From Acidobacteriota bacterium (GTDB lineage: Bacteria; Acidobacteriota; UBA6911; RPQK01; JAJDTT01), in NCBI GenBank assembly GCA_965209055.1, contig OZ242374.1:4896001-4960000 (forward strand): 64,000 nucleotides of DNA. The letters are read 5' to 3'. The number at the start of each line of letters is the position of its first letter. Position 1 is the first letter of the stretch. The notes beneath the pieces are model-generated. The model saw only the letters and a program-made list of their open reading frames with translations. It was not told the origin of the DNA and did not search any database. A program made the position numbers and the translations under genes. This document shows, in pieces, positions 1 to 9,231 of the stretch.

Positions 1-470
1 CACAACAACCGGGAGTAGCCCAGCACCACGATCAGGGCGTACCGCTTGCCCCACGGCAACCGGAAATCCGCAAAGTCCACTTGCCCTTGGTGCCCCGGAG
101 GGGTCTCGAACCGTTGGACCGGTTCCTGGACCACCCGCGGCCGCACTTGGCGAACGTAGCGCTTCACCTGTCCGTAGGCCCCGGGATAACCCGCCTTCCG
201 GACTTCCCGGAACAGCCGCGTCGCCGTCAACTTCGGATACTCGGCCAGACGAGCGTCGATGATCGCCTTGTACGGATCCAGCTTCGACCGCACAGACCGC
301 CTCGGTCCGTACTGGGCCGGTTCCTCCTTCTCTCCCCGGTTCAACTGGCCCGTCTTGATCCAGTAGTAGACCGTCCGCCGGCTGACTCCCAACTGCCGCG
401 CGATGGCGGCCTTGATCATTCCTTGCTCCAGATAGTGTCGCAGCAGCACCCTCTTGTCGCTCCCAAACAT
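1..470 (-). CDS. istA: IS21-family transposase IstA, N-terminal part (runs off the left edge)
   Basis: Not in the ORF track. ATG at 470 follows an AGGAGG RBS. Reads MFGSDKRVLLRHYLEQGMIKAAIARQLGVSRRTVYYWI (HTH)...RFETPPGHQGQVDFADF...YALIVVLGYSRLL, the typical IstA RFETxPG/QVDF/LGYSR motifs. Confidence 0.9.
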   Translation of the reverse strand, partial: MFGSDKRVLLRHYLEQGMIKAAIARQLGVSRRTVYYWIKTGQLNRGEKEEPAQYGPRRSVRSKLDPYKAIIDARLAEYPKLTATRLFREVRKAGYPGAYGQVKRYVRQVRPRVVQEPVQRFETPPGHQGQVDFADFRLPWGKRYALIVVLGYSRLL

Positions 471-656
471 AACGTCTCCTCCTCTCGGTAGAGACGCTAG
501 GTAACAAAATCTCGCCCCCGCGGCGAACTTCTCGAGAACCTCCTTGTGGCTCCCCCCTAAAAGCCTCTTCAGGAACCAAAAGTGTGCAATTTTCCATGGC
601 CACATCTGCGCAACTTTCGACGGCCACATCTGTGCAATTTTCCATGGCCGCCAACA
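1..656 (-). mobile_element. IS21-family element, left end
   Basis: istA plus a terminus starting 5'-TGTT on the minus strand at 656, with three tandem ~24-bp subterminal repeats (583-606, 607-630, 631-656; TG[T/C]GCAA[T/C]TTTC..[T/C]GGCC), typical of IS21 ends. Confidence 0.85.
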
Positions 657-678
657 ACTGGCCGCAAAAAAGACGGAC

Positions 679-913
679 GTCGCCCCCTTACACGGGGGCG
701 TGGATTGAAACAGCCGGTCCAAGGGATTCAAGGTGCGCGCCACAGGTCGCCCCCTTACACGGGGGCGTGGATTGAAACCTATGTAGCGCCTGGGGGTACT
801 GACGCATAAGAAGTCGCCCCCTTACACGGGGGCGTGGATTGAAACTATGTGAATGAGTACAACGTCCGGCGGTTGTACGGGTCGCCCCCTTACACGGGGG
901 CGTGGATTGAAAC
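679..913 (+). CRISPR. CRISPR array, 4 identical 33-bp repeats, type I-C-like
   Basis: GTCGCCCCCTTACACGGGGGCGTGGATTGAAAC at 679-711, 746-778, 813-845 and 881-913. Spacers are 34, 34 and 35 nt. Palindromic GCCCCC/GGGGGC stem and ATTGAAAC 3' end. No cas genes in the window. Confidence 0.97.
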
Positions 914-946
914 GATCATCGGAGGCCGAGCAGCCGGCAAGGCCAG

Positions 947-1445
947 GGCTCCCGGCTCTACGCGCTCATCCAGGAATTCTCGGAGCGTATCGCCCTTGGT
1001 GTCGTCCACCACCTTCGCCACCACCCGATTGGTCTTCCGGTCCTTTACGTCGGTCACGGCGGTCATATCGCGGGGGCCCCGGCCTTCCATCTTGGCCCGA
1101 TCTGACTTCGGCTTGTTCTTCCATGTCCCGCCGACATAGGTGGTGTCGGTTTCCACCGGACCTTCAAACTTCTACTCCGGCCAGAAGTTCCAGGCTTGCC
1201 GGAGCCGGTGCGCCATGAACCAGGCACTCTTTTGCGAGATCTCAAGCTCCCGATGGAGCTTCATGGACGAAACGCTCTTGAGATCGTGGTAAACAGATAG
1301 ACGGCAAAGAGCCGATTCTGATAGCCGATCTTGGACCCTTCCATGAAGGTTCCAGTCTTGACGCTGAAATTCTTGCCGCAACCCTTCTCGCGGCAATGGA
1401 AGGGCATGGTCTTATGCTTGCATCCGGTCCGGACGTTGGCGATCA
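947..1445 (-). pseudogene. IS1595-family (ISXO2-like) transposase remnant, frameshifted and truncated
   Basis: Fragments in different frames: KHKTMPFHCREKGCGKNFSVKTGTFMEGSK, LKSVSSMKLHRELEISQKSAWFMAHRLRQAW, GPVETDTTYVGG...DRKTNRVVAKVVDDT. Lacks the first CxxC and the C-terminal catalytic part. Boundaries approximate. Confidence 0.85.
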
Positions 1446-1592
1446 GGGGTTACGCAATCCGCTGGAGCACCCGCTCCAATTCACGACCGGAGACGCCAAT
1501 CTCTAGAGCTCGCTTGTGGAACCCATAGGGAACCTTTCCTGAACGAACCCGACATTTAAGAGAGGAAAAATCCTGTAAACCATTGAAAATAT

Positions 1593-1668
1593 TGGTGGAG
1601 CTGATGGGATTCGAACCCACGACCCCCTGAATGCCATTCAGGTACTCTTCCAACTGAGCTACAGCCCC
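1593..1668 (-). tRNA. tRNA-Ala (anticodon GGC), CCA encoded
   Basis: GGGGCTGTAGCTCAGTTGGAAGAGTACCTGAATGGCATTCAGGGGGTCGTGGGTTCGAATCCCATCAGCTCCACCA; 76 nt, G3.U70 alanine identity pair, TTCGAAT T-loop. Confidence 0.97.
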
Positions 1669-1819
1669 ACGCTGAAGAGTTTGGAGGAGGAACTTTAGCA
1701 CGTTTGCCGCCTGGACATAAAGCGGCGGCGAGGAGCGGCGGCTTCCAGCCGCCGAACTCCCGAGTGGCAATCCACCCCGGCCGGTGAGAGACCACAAGTC
1801 TCCATACACATCCTTGCAC

Positions 1820-2413
1820 TCAGGGATAGAGGCGTCTCACCGTCCAACCCTGGCCGGTCTTCTCGTAGAGCAGCCGATCATTGAGACGGAAGGACCGTCC
1901 GGTCCAGAATTCGATGCGATGGGGGATCACCCGGAAGCCGGACCAGAACTCGGGACGCGGAACGTCCGAGCCCGGGTACTTGGCTTCGTAGGCGACGACC
2001 TCGGAAATCAGCCGGGCTCGGTCGGCCAGGGGACGAGATTGCCTCGAAGCCCACGCTCCCAACTGGCTGATCCGGGAACGGGTCACCCAGTAGAGATCCG
2101 CCTCCACCGGGCTCACTTCCTGAACCGGACCCTCCACCACCGCCTGCTCCCAATAGGGGTCCCAATAGAAACAGAGGGCCGCCCAGGAATTGGCGGCCAG
2201 TTGCTCCCCCTTGCGGCTCTCCCGGTTCGTGTAGAAGACGAAGCCATCCCGCCCGAAATCCTTGAGCAGGACGGTCCGGGCCGAGGGCCGTCCCCGATCG
2301 TCCGCCGTGGCCAGCGTCATGGCCGTAGGTTGGCGAATCAACCCCTCTTCCCGCCCCCGGCGAAGCCTGCGGGCGAACTCCTCCAGCGCCTCCTGGTACA
2401 GATCCCGGTTCAC
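1820..2413 (-). CDS. pdxH: pyridoxamine 5'-phosphate oxidase
   Basis: AMTLAT..GRPSARTVLLK, GFVFYTN.ESRKG, SQLGAWASRQS, IEFW.G..FRL.DR, RLYP C-terminus. Confidence 0.95.
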   Translation of the reverse strand: MNRDLYQEALEEFARRLRRGREEGLIRQPTAMTLATADDRGRPSARTVLLKDFGRDGFVFYTNRESRKGEQLAANSWAALCFYWDPYWEQAVVEGPVQEVSPVEADLYWVTRSRISQLGAWASRQSRPLADRARLISEVVAYEAKYPGSDVPRPEFWSGFRVIPHRIEFWTGRSFRLNDRLLYEKTGQGWTVRRLYP

Positions 2414-2489
2414 GTTCCGCTCCCTTTGACCTGCACGATAGTGCCCGCCATCGGTGGATTCAAGAAACTATGGAGAGGGGAACCGGTCA

Positions 2490-2595
2490 GAATCGAAGCA
2501 GCGGGGAGGTACCGGGGAAAATCCAAGTTACTAGTTGCATCCCAGGCTCAATTCGTAATGGCGTCCCCCGGCACGTCCCGCTACTTCTTGGTTGC
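2490..2595 (-). ncRNA. candidate sigma54-driven structured RNA (sRNA or pdxH leader)
   Basis: ~23-bp imperfect stem between 2495-2519 and 2564-2587. Three mismatches are A.C on plus, i.e. G.U on minus. It starts just after the predicted sigma54 start site. Confidence 0.55.
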
Positions 2596-2605
2596 TCCGT
2601 TGTCT

Positions 2606-2621
2606 AGCAAGTCCCGTGCCG
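2606..2621 (-). promoter_or_regulatory. sigma54 (RpoN) -24/-12 promoter
   Basis: Minus strand CGGCACGGGACTTGCT versus consensus TGGCACG-N4-TTGCW, with GG and GC exactly 10 nt apart. AT-rich IHF-like tracts lie upstream (2640-2790). Confidence 0.7.
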
Positions 2622-2852
2622 AAGTTCTGCTGAAGCCTCGTAAACCGTTTAATTTCAACTACTAAGACGATTCCAGCACAGAGCCTCCGGCAGAGGTCTC
2701 GGAACGAAAATCCAATATTCTGGTTCGAAGAGGATCCGCTATTTTCCTAAACCACTAATAAAAAAGGATTTACAGCATACGATAATCTGAATCTCAGGGA
2801 GGCCCCACCAGGTCGCGGCAGGTATCGTCGCGCCGCATCCGCAAAGTGTAGG

Positions 2853-4382
2853 ATGATTCACGGAATGTATCTCGGCGTGGATTGCGGCACCCAGAGCCTC
2901 AAGGTCATCGTCTGGGACCCCGGCTCCGAATCGCTGATCTCGAGCTCCCAGGGCTACGGCCTGATTTCCGGACTCCCTCCCGGACACAAGGAGCAGCATC
3001 CTCAGACCTGGATCGAAGCCCTGGACGCATGCATGGAACGGCTTGCCGGACAGGGCGCCGGCCTGTCACGGGTACGAGCCATCGGCGTCTCCGGGCAGCA
3101 ACACGGACTCGTGCTCCTGGACCGGTCGGACCGGGTCCTGAGACCGGCCAAGCTCTGGAACGACACCAGCACCGGCGCCCAGTGCCGGCGGATTCTGGAA
3201 ACGGCCGGCGGGCTGGACGCCTACAGGGAGGAGATCGGCAACAGTCTTCCCCCCGGATTCACCGCCTCGAAGATCCTGTGGGTGAAGGAGAACGAACCCG
3301 ACACCTACCGGCGGGCTGACACCTTCCTCCTGCCCCACGACTACCTGAACCTGCACCTGACCGGCGAGAAGACGGCCGAAGCGGGCGACGCCTCCGGGAC
3401 GGGATACTTCCAGGTGGCCGGGAGAGCCTGGTCGGAGCGCGCTCTGAAGTGGCTCGATCCCGCGCGCGACCTGGCAGCCTGCCTGCCCCGCCTCATCGGC
3501 GCCCGGGAACCGGCTGGAACGCTGAGACCGAGTCTCGCTGGGAAATGGGGACTCCCGGCCGGGGTCCGGGTCAGCTCGGGTGGCGGCGACAACATGATGG
3601 GCGCCATCGGCTCCGGGAACGTCTCGGGCGGCAAGATCACCGTCAGCCTGGGAACCTCAGGAACCTTGTACGGCTACAGCTCCACTCCCGTGCTGGACCC
3701 GCAGGGCGAGATCGCGGGCTTCTGCGACAGCACGGGAGGCTGGCTTCCGCTGGCCTGCACCATGAACGTGACGGTGGCCACCGAGATGGTCCGGACCGGG
3801 TTCTCCCTGGCGTCACTGGAAGAATTCAACCGCCGGATCGAGGCGGTCCCTCCCGGCTCCGACGGGTTGATTCTGTTGCCCTACCTGGAGGGGGAGCGAA
3901 TGCCCGACGTCCCGGAGGGGACGGGTGTCCTGCTGGGTCTGCGTCCCCGAACCGCCCTTCCCGGCCATCTGGCCAGGGCCAGCATGGAGGGCGTCACCCT
4001 GGGTCTCCGCTACGGGCTGGACCGCCTCCGGGAACTGGGCGCCCGGCCCGACGAGATCCGGCTCATGGGAGGAGGTTCCAGGAGCCGCGTCTGGCGGCAA
4101 ATCGCGGCCGACGTCTTCGGATGCCCCGTGGTCTCCCTGAGCCAGGAGGAAGGACCGGCCTTCGGCGCCGCCCTGCAGGCCGCCTGGTGCCGCGAAGAGG
4201 AGAGTCTCGAAACCTGGGTGGAACGATTCGTCCGGCTGGATGGATCCAGCCGCCGGTTGCCGTCCCGATCCGGACAGGAGCTCTATGAGCAGGTCTATTC
4301 CGTGTACCGGGAACTCAGCGACACGCTCATCGCCAGCCCCGTCTTTGCCGGCCATCGGCAACTGATCAACAGAAAGGACTGA
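2853..4382 (+). CDS. xylB: xylulokinase (FGGY family)
   Basis: GVDCGTQS.K, SGQQHG, LWND, FTASK, GGGDN, SLGTSGT, PYLEGER; directly upstream of xylA. Confidence 0.93.
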   Translation: MIHGMYLGVDCGTQSLKVIVWDPGSESLISSSQGYGLISGLPPGHKEQHPQTWIEALDACMERLAGQGAGLSRVRAIGVSGQQHGLVLLDRSDRVLRPAKLWNDTSTGAQCRRILETAGGLDAYREEIGNSLPPGFTASKILWVKENEPDTYRRADTFLLPHDYLNLHLTGEKTAEAGDASGTGYFQVAGRAWSERALKWLDPARDLAACLPRLIGAREPAGTLRPSLAGKWGLPAGVRVSSGGGDNMMGAIGSGNVSGGKITVSLGTSGTLYGYSSTPVLDPQGEIAGFCDSTGGWLPLACTMNVTVATEMVRTGFSLASLEEFNRRIEAVPPGSDGLILLPYLEGERMPDVPEGTGVLLGLRPRTALPGHLARASMEGVTLGLRYGLDRLRELGARPDEIRLMGGGSRSRVWRQIAADVFGCPVVSLSQEEGPAFGAALQAAWCREEESLETWVERFVRLDGSSRRLPSRSGQELYEQVYSVYRELSDTLIASPVFAGHRQLINRKD

Positions 4383-4385
4383 TCC

Positions 4386-5558
4386 ATGAACGCCGATTAT
4401 CGACCGACCCCGGAGGACAAGTTCAGCTTCGGACTTTGGACGGTGGGCAATCCGGGCCGCGACCCCTTCGGCGGACCGACCCGGTCCTCCATCCCTCCGG
4501 CGCGCCTGGTGCAGTTGCTCGGAGAAGAGGGGGCTTACGGGGTCAACTTCCACGACAACGATCTGATCCCCATCGACGCCACGCCACGGGAGAGAGCCCG
4601 GATCCTGCGCGACTTCAAGCAGGCCATGTCCGATTACAACGTCTGCGTTCCCATGGCCACCACCAACCTTTTCAGCGAGCCGGTCTTCAAGGACGGAGCC
4701 TTCACGTCGCACGACGCCGACGTGCGCGCCTATGCGTTGCAGAAAACCATGCGGGCCATCGACCTGGGGGCGGAGCTGGGCGCTCGGGTCTACGTCTTCT
4801 GGGGAGGACGCGAGGGGGCCGAGGTGGACGCGGCCAAGGACGCCTCGGAGGCCATCAAACGCATGCGCGAGTGCCTCAACTTCCTCATCGGCTACGTCAA
4901 GGACAACGGCTACGACCTGAAATTCGCCCTGGAGGCCAAGCCCAACGAACCGCGGGGCGACATCTACTTCGCCACCACGGGAGCCATGCTGGCGTTTACC
5001 TACACCCTGGACGATCCGGACATGGTGGGCGTCAATCCGGAGTTGGCCCACGAGCACATGGCCGGATTGAACTTCTACCACGCGGTGGCCCAGGCCTGGG
5101 AGGCCGGAAAGTTGTTCCACATCGACCTCAACGATCAGAAGCCGAACCGCTTCGACCAGGATCTCCGGTTCGGGTCGGAAGGACTGAAGGCGGCCTTCTT
5201 CCTGGTCAAGTTCCTGGAGGAGGTGGGGTATTCCGGCCCGCGCCACTTCGACGCCCACGCCTACCGGACGGAGGACGAGGAAGGCGTCCGGGACTTCGCC
5301 GCCGGATGCATGCGCACCTACCTGATCCTCAAGGAGAAGGCGCGCCGCTTCGCCGAAGACCCGGAGATCCAGGAGATCCTGGCGGAACTGCGGGGAAGGG
5401 GCTCGCTGGTCCCGGCCGGCGAATTCCGGACCTACACCCCGGAGGCTGCCCGGAACATCCTGGAGGCTCCGCTGGACCGCCATCGCCTGGCGCGGCGCAA
5501 ACTGCGGCACGAACGCCTGGACCAGTTGACGGTGGACCTGCTGCTGGGAGTCCGCTGA
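4386..5558 (+). CDS. xylA: xylose isomerase (class I)
   Basis: [48 protein letters not shown]. Confidence 0.96.
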   Translation: MNADYRPTPEDKFSFGLWTVGNPGRDPFGGPTRSSIPPARLVQLLGEEGAYGVNFHDNDLIPIDATPRERARILRDFKQAMSDYNVCVPMATTNLFSEPVFKDGAFTSHDADVRAYALQKTMRAIDLGAELGARVYVFWGGREGAEVDAAKDASEAIKRMRECLNFLIGYVKDNGYDLKFALEAKPNEPRGDIYFATTGAMLAFTYTLDDPDMVGVNPELAHEHMAGLNFYHAVAQAWEAGKLFHIDLNDQKPNRFDQDLRFGSEGLKAAFFLVKFLEEVGYSGPRHFDAHAYRTEDEEGVRDFAAGCMRTYLILKEKARRFAEDPEIQEILAELRGRGSLVPAGEFRTYTPEAARNILEAPLDRHRLARRKLRHERLDQLTVDLLLGVR

Positions 5559-5641
5559 GGCAGGCTGTGCCAGGAAAGGGATAAGTTCCCCCACCGGGCC
5601 GGGCCGGCGGACTCCCGGTAGAAGGAGGATGGGAGGGGGGG

Positions 5642-5750
5642 CGGCGGTTTCCTAACCGCCGATTCTCCCGTGGGAACGGCGGTTTCCTAACCGCCGATTC
5701 TTGGGCATCCCCGAACAAGGCGGAACCGGGCGATTGGAAATCGCCCTTCC
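5642..5750. repeat. REP-like palindrome cluster
   Basis: CGGCGGTTTCCTAACCGCCGATTCT twice (5642-5666, 5677-5701) plus an inverted relative GGGCGATTGGAAATCGCCCTTCC (5728-5750), between convergent genes. Confidence 0.8.
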
Positions 5751-5756
5751 TGTTTC

Positions 5757-7301
5757 TCACTTGAAGCGGAAGGAATAGAGGTCCGCGTCCTTCATCACGA
5801 AACGGAGCCGCACCGGGTGTCCGGCGATCCGGCGCAAGGGACGGTCCGACGTGCCCTTGGAATGGGTCCGCACCCACCTCACCTTCTCCTCGATCTCGTC
5901 GCCCCAGATCAGGGGAGACTCCTCCAGGGCGAAACCGGCCAGCGGGTTCCCCGCCAGGTCCTGAATCTCCAGTCGGATGCTTCCCACGGCCGAGGTGGCG
6001 TAGTTCAGATACAGGTTTTCTCCCTTGAACAGGATGGGCTTCGTCACCAGCTCGCCGCCGTCGTAGCCGGCGTGGACCGAGACGAACCCGTCGGTCCGGA
6101 GAACCATCCGTTCCAAGTGGCAACTGGGCATGTTGTAGTTTCGGACCACGTAGACGGAAATCTCATCGGAAGCGGTCGGATGGATTCCGACCGCCACCAG
6201 ATTGTTCCGGTGCGTCCAGTTGCGCGGATCCCGGCCGGGCCGGACGAAGGCTTCCATGAAGCGCCGGTCCCAGTGGAGTCCGTCCCGGCTGGTCAGAAAG
6301 ACCGCTTCGGAGGCGCCGGGAAAGGGGGTCGAGGCAAACCGTTTCCGCCAGGGCTGAAACCGCTTGGGAAACGCCATGTAGATGTGAGGCGCCCGGTAGT
6401 AGGGAGTCGTTCCATTGGTGTAGAGGTGTTCGGTGGCGGCCTCGCCGAAATCGACCCACTTCGGCATGCTCCAGTTGACGAAGTCGTCCGAAGTGGCGAA
6501 CTTGAAGCTGCGGTTCCCGTAGTTGAACGGCGGCCCCGCCGTGTGGTCGAAGGGGAGCGAGTGGGGGCTGATCCCACGGTCCGAATCGCGGAAGAAGATG
6601 CTGTAGCGTTTCCGGTAGGAGTCCCAGAAGGCCACGTTCAGGGCGTCGAAGGCGTTCCGGTGAAGCCCCTTCCGGATCAGGGACTTTTGGCCCTGCATTT
6701 CGGTCCACCGAAACCCGTCGGGAGAAACCAGGGCGACCAGCGGATAACTGCTTCCCCCCAACGCCTTGTAGCGCTGGGAGTCGGGAGCTGCCGGATTGCC
6801 GTCCTTGAAGACATGCATGCATTCGGTGACCGACTGGTCCGGATTGTCCATCCAGACGATGGAGTTGTCCTTGGATCCCTGGAACTCCCACAGCCCCAAC
6901 GAGGGACGCTCCCAGACAATGCCGTCGCGGCTTTCCGCATAGGAGATGGTGAAAGGGTGGTCCTCGACCTGCTTCTCACCCGGTTTCAGGAGACCCGTGT
7001 CCACGTACGCTTTGTTGTTGCTCCCGCGGAAGTACATGCGCAGCCGGTCGCCGTCCTTGATGATGTTGGTGTAGAAGCTGGTGTTCCCCTCCCAGGGAGC
7101 GTCGTAGGAGAGGACCTTTCCCGCAGAGCGGGGCCGGTGGAGCTTCAGTTCCACACCCGGCATCCGCTCGATCAGGAAGTCGTCCACGAAGAGTTCGAGC
7201 CGGGACCCGATGTCGATGGGCTTGGATTCTTTCGCTCCGCCCCCGGCGGCATTTCCCGTCCACAGACCCAGCCAGACCAGCAAACAGACCTTTTTGAACA
7301 T
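5757..7301 (-). CDS. secreted five-bladed beta-propeller glycoside-hydrolase-like protein (GH32/43/130-like)
   Basis: Signal peptide MFKKVCLLVWLGLW; LELFVDDFLI, YAESRDGIVW, SPDGFRW, AFDALN, TSRDGLHW, LRTDGFVS. Start chosen at ATG 7301. Confidence 0.65.
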   Translation of the reverse strand: MFKKVCLLVWLGLWTGNAAGGGAKESKPIDIGSRLELFVDDFLIERMPGVELKLHRPRSAGKVLSYDAPWEGNTSFYTNIIKDGDRLRMYFRGSNNKAYVDTGLLKPGEKQVEDHPFTISYAESRDGIVWERPSLGLWEFQGSKDNSIVWMDNPDQSVTECMHVFKDGNPAAPDSQRYKALGGSSYPLVALVSPDGFRWTEMQGQKSLIRKGLHRNAFDALNVAFWDSYRKRYSIFFRDSDRGISPHSLPFDHTAGPPFNYGNRSFKFATSDDFVNWSMPKWVDFGEAATEHLYTNGTTPYYRAPHIYMAFPKRFQPWRKRFASTPFPGASEAVFLTSRDGLHWDRRFMEAFVRPGRDPRNWTHRNNLVAVGIHPTASDEISVYVVRNYNMPSCHLERMVLRTDGFVSVHAGYDGGELVTKPILFKGENLYLNYATSAVGSIRLEIQDLAGNPLAGFALEESPLIWGDEIEEKVRWVRTHSKGTSDRPLRRIAGHPVRLRFVMKDADLYSFRFK

Positions 7302-7405
7302 GCTTGAGACTCTACCAGTCCGGGGGATGAGTCGCCATGCGACAGGCGATATCGGGTTCGTCGGAAGGCTCCCCAACTGGTAGGATGGCCGCCGGGAGGA
7401 CGACC

Positions 7406-8752
7406 ATGAGCCAGCCGCGGGTTTCAGGCGCCCTGTTGCTCCAAGATCCCGCCTATGACTATCCGGTGGTGGAGAGAGGCGAGGGGATCTACGTCTACGA
7501 CGGCGCCGGCAAGCGCTACATCGACGGCACGGCGGGAGCCGGCAACGTCATTCTGGGACACGGCCGCCGCCGCATCGCCCGGATCATGGCGGACCAGGCC
7601 GGGAAGCTGGCATTCGTCTTCACCGCCCATTTCGCCAACCCCGTGGCGGCCGAACTGGCTGGACGGCTGGCGAAAAAGGCGCCGGGCCGCTTGAACCACG
7701 CCTACTTCGTCTCGGGCGGCTCGGAAGGAGTCGAGACCGCGCTGAAACTGGCCCGGCTCTACCACCTCCGGCGGGGCCAAGGCCAGAAACACCAGGTCAT
7801 CGCCCGTTGGACCAGTTATCACGGCGCCACCCTGGGAGCCCTGTCGACCACGGGTTCCGGAGTCCGCCAGGCCTACAGTCCCTGGCTTCCCGGCTTCGAC
7901 CACATCGACCCCTGCCTGCCTCGAGCCTGCGTCTTCGACGGATGCGGGGAAACCTGCACCCTCGCCTGCGTCCAGGAGTTGGAGCGGGCCATCGTCCGGG
8001 CCGGACCGGAGAACGTGGCCGCCTTCGTGGCCGATCCCATCGTCCTGGCCGCCGGGTCCGTGAGCCTTCCGCCAGCCGACTATTTCCCCCGGGTCCGGGA
8101 AATCTGCGACCGCCACGACGTGCTTTGGATCGCCGACGAAGTGGTGACCGGCTTCGGCCGGACGGGGCGATTCTTCGGCGTCCAGCACTGGGACGCGGTT
8201 CCGGACATCATGGCCTTCGGCAAAGGGGTCAGCAGCGGCTACCTGCCCATGGGCGGGGCGCTGTTCACCGACGAGATCCGGCAGGTGCTGGAAGACAAGA
8301 AAGATCCCCTCCCCCACGTCTTCACCTACGTGAACAATCCTCTCGCCGCCCGGGTCGGTCTCACCGTCCTGGACCTGATGGAAGAGGAGAACATCGTGGA
8401 GAGGTCGGCCTCCATGGGGGAATACCTGCTGGAACGAATCCGGACCTTGCGGAATCATCCCATCGTGGGCGACATACGGGGCCGGGGATTGCTGGTGGGT
8501 TTCGAGCTGGTGCGCAGCCGCAAGCCCTACACCTACTTTCCCGCCTCGCTGAAGGTCCACGAGCGATTGCACCGGCTGCTCATCCGGCAGGGACTCTCCG
8601 TCGCCGCGGCGGGTGGTCCCGGTGACGGGAGCCCGGGAGACGGCATTCGCATCTTCCCTCCCCTGGTCATCACGCGAGAGCAGATCGACGAGATTGTCGC
8701 GATGCTGGACGAGGGACTCCGGGTGATTCAGCGTCAGATCGAGAGGGAGTGA
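7406..8752 (+). CDS. class III PLP-dependent aminotransferase
   Basis: GKRYIDG, SGGSEG.E.ALK, SYHG.T, DEVVTGFGRTG, PDI..FGKG, PPL. GGAGGA RBS before ATG 7406. Confidence 0.92.
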   Translation: MSQPRVSGALLLQDPAYDYPVVERGEGIYVYDGAGKRYIDGTAGAGNVILGHGRRRIARIMADQAGKLAFVFTAHFANPVAAELAGRLAKKAPGRLNHAYFVSGGSEGVETALKLARLYHLRRGQGQKHQVIARWTSYHGATLGALSTTGSGVRQAYSPWLPGFDHIDPCLPRACVFDGCGETCTLACVQELERAIVRAGPENVAAFVADPIVLAAGSVSLPPADYFPRVREICDRHDVLWIADEVVTGFGRTGRFFGVQHWDAVPDIMAFGKGVSSGYLPMGGALFTDEIRQVLEDKKDPLPHVFTYVNNPLAARVGLTVLDLMEEENIVERSASMGEYLLERIRTLRNHPIVGDIRGRGLLVGFELVRSRKPYTYFPASLKVHERLHRLLIRQGLSVAAAGGPGDGSPGDGIRIFPPLVITREQIDEIVAMLDEGLRVIQRQIERE

Positions 8753-8755
8753 GAC

Positions 8756-9028
8756 ATGCGGGAACGGGATTTCTATCGGGAACGGCGTGAAACCAAGAAA
8801 GCCCGGTTCACCTGTCCCTACTGCCGGCAGTCGGACGACTACCAGGTCCGCTGGCTGGTGCGGGAGAAGAAGGGCCGCCTGCCCTATCGCGCCAACCCGG
8901 ATGACCGCCGCCGCTTCGCCAAGATCCGCTCCTACATGGTCCGCGAGGACGAGTACCTCTTCTGCCCCAAACCCAGGTGCCGCCGGCGCTTCGAGATCCC
9001 CAGCCAACAATCGGTCGTGTTGTTGTAG
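8756..9028 (+). CDS. small basic Cys4 zinc-ribbon-like hypothetical protein
   Basis: CPYC and CPKPRC pairs; RBS overlaps the upstream stop; good codon bias. Confidence 0.75.
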   Translation: MRERDFYRERRETKKARFTCPYCRQSDDYQVRWLVREKKGRLPYRANPDDRRRFAKIRSYMVREDEYLFCPKPRCRRRFEIPSQQSVVLL

Positions 9029-9037
9029 GAGCGGAGC

Positions 9038-9060
9038 GGAGCGGCGGTTTCCAACCGCCG
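9038..9060. repeat. REP-like palindrome
   Basis: GGAGCGGCGGTTTCCAACCGCCG, same family as 1732-1754 and 5642-5750. Confidence 0.7.
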
Positions 9061-9231
9061 ACCGGGGGGTTAGGGGGGACGGCAGTCCCCCCTGTACGCT
9101 TTCCCCATCCAATTAGTTAAGCAAACACGGGGCGGTAGCAAAACTGCCCCTCCTGACGGGCTTGCGCCTCCAATTCGGAACGAATACGATCTGCACTGCT
9201 TTTCTTCCAGACGGATACGGAGACCTTCGAC

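Noticed and set aside
583-656. 24-bp tandem repeats as a second CRISPR or iteron array
   Set aside because: There are no spacers, and position and TG terminus match IS21 transposase-binding repeats.
712-880. Self-targeting spacers
   Set aside because: By eye only a 9-nt match (GATTCAAGG in IS5) was found, which is chance level; the search was not exhaustive.
1-913. CRISPR-associated transposon (IS21 plus array)
   Set aside because: The array lies outside the IS terminus and a spacer appears interrupted, so simple insertion explains it.
582-1218. ORFs with repeated SPPYTGAWIET or CNFPWP peptides
   Set aside because: They are translations of the CRISPR repeats and IS21 terminal repeats.
2480-2502. 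SRP RNA-like GAACC..GTCAG...GAAGCAGC on the plus strand
   Set aside because: It lacks the GNRA-capped domain IV stem, and the G.U pattern and promoter favour the opposite strand.
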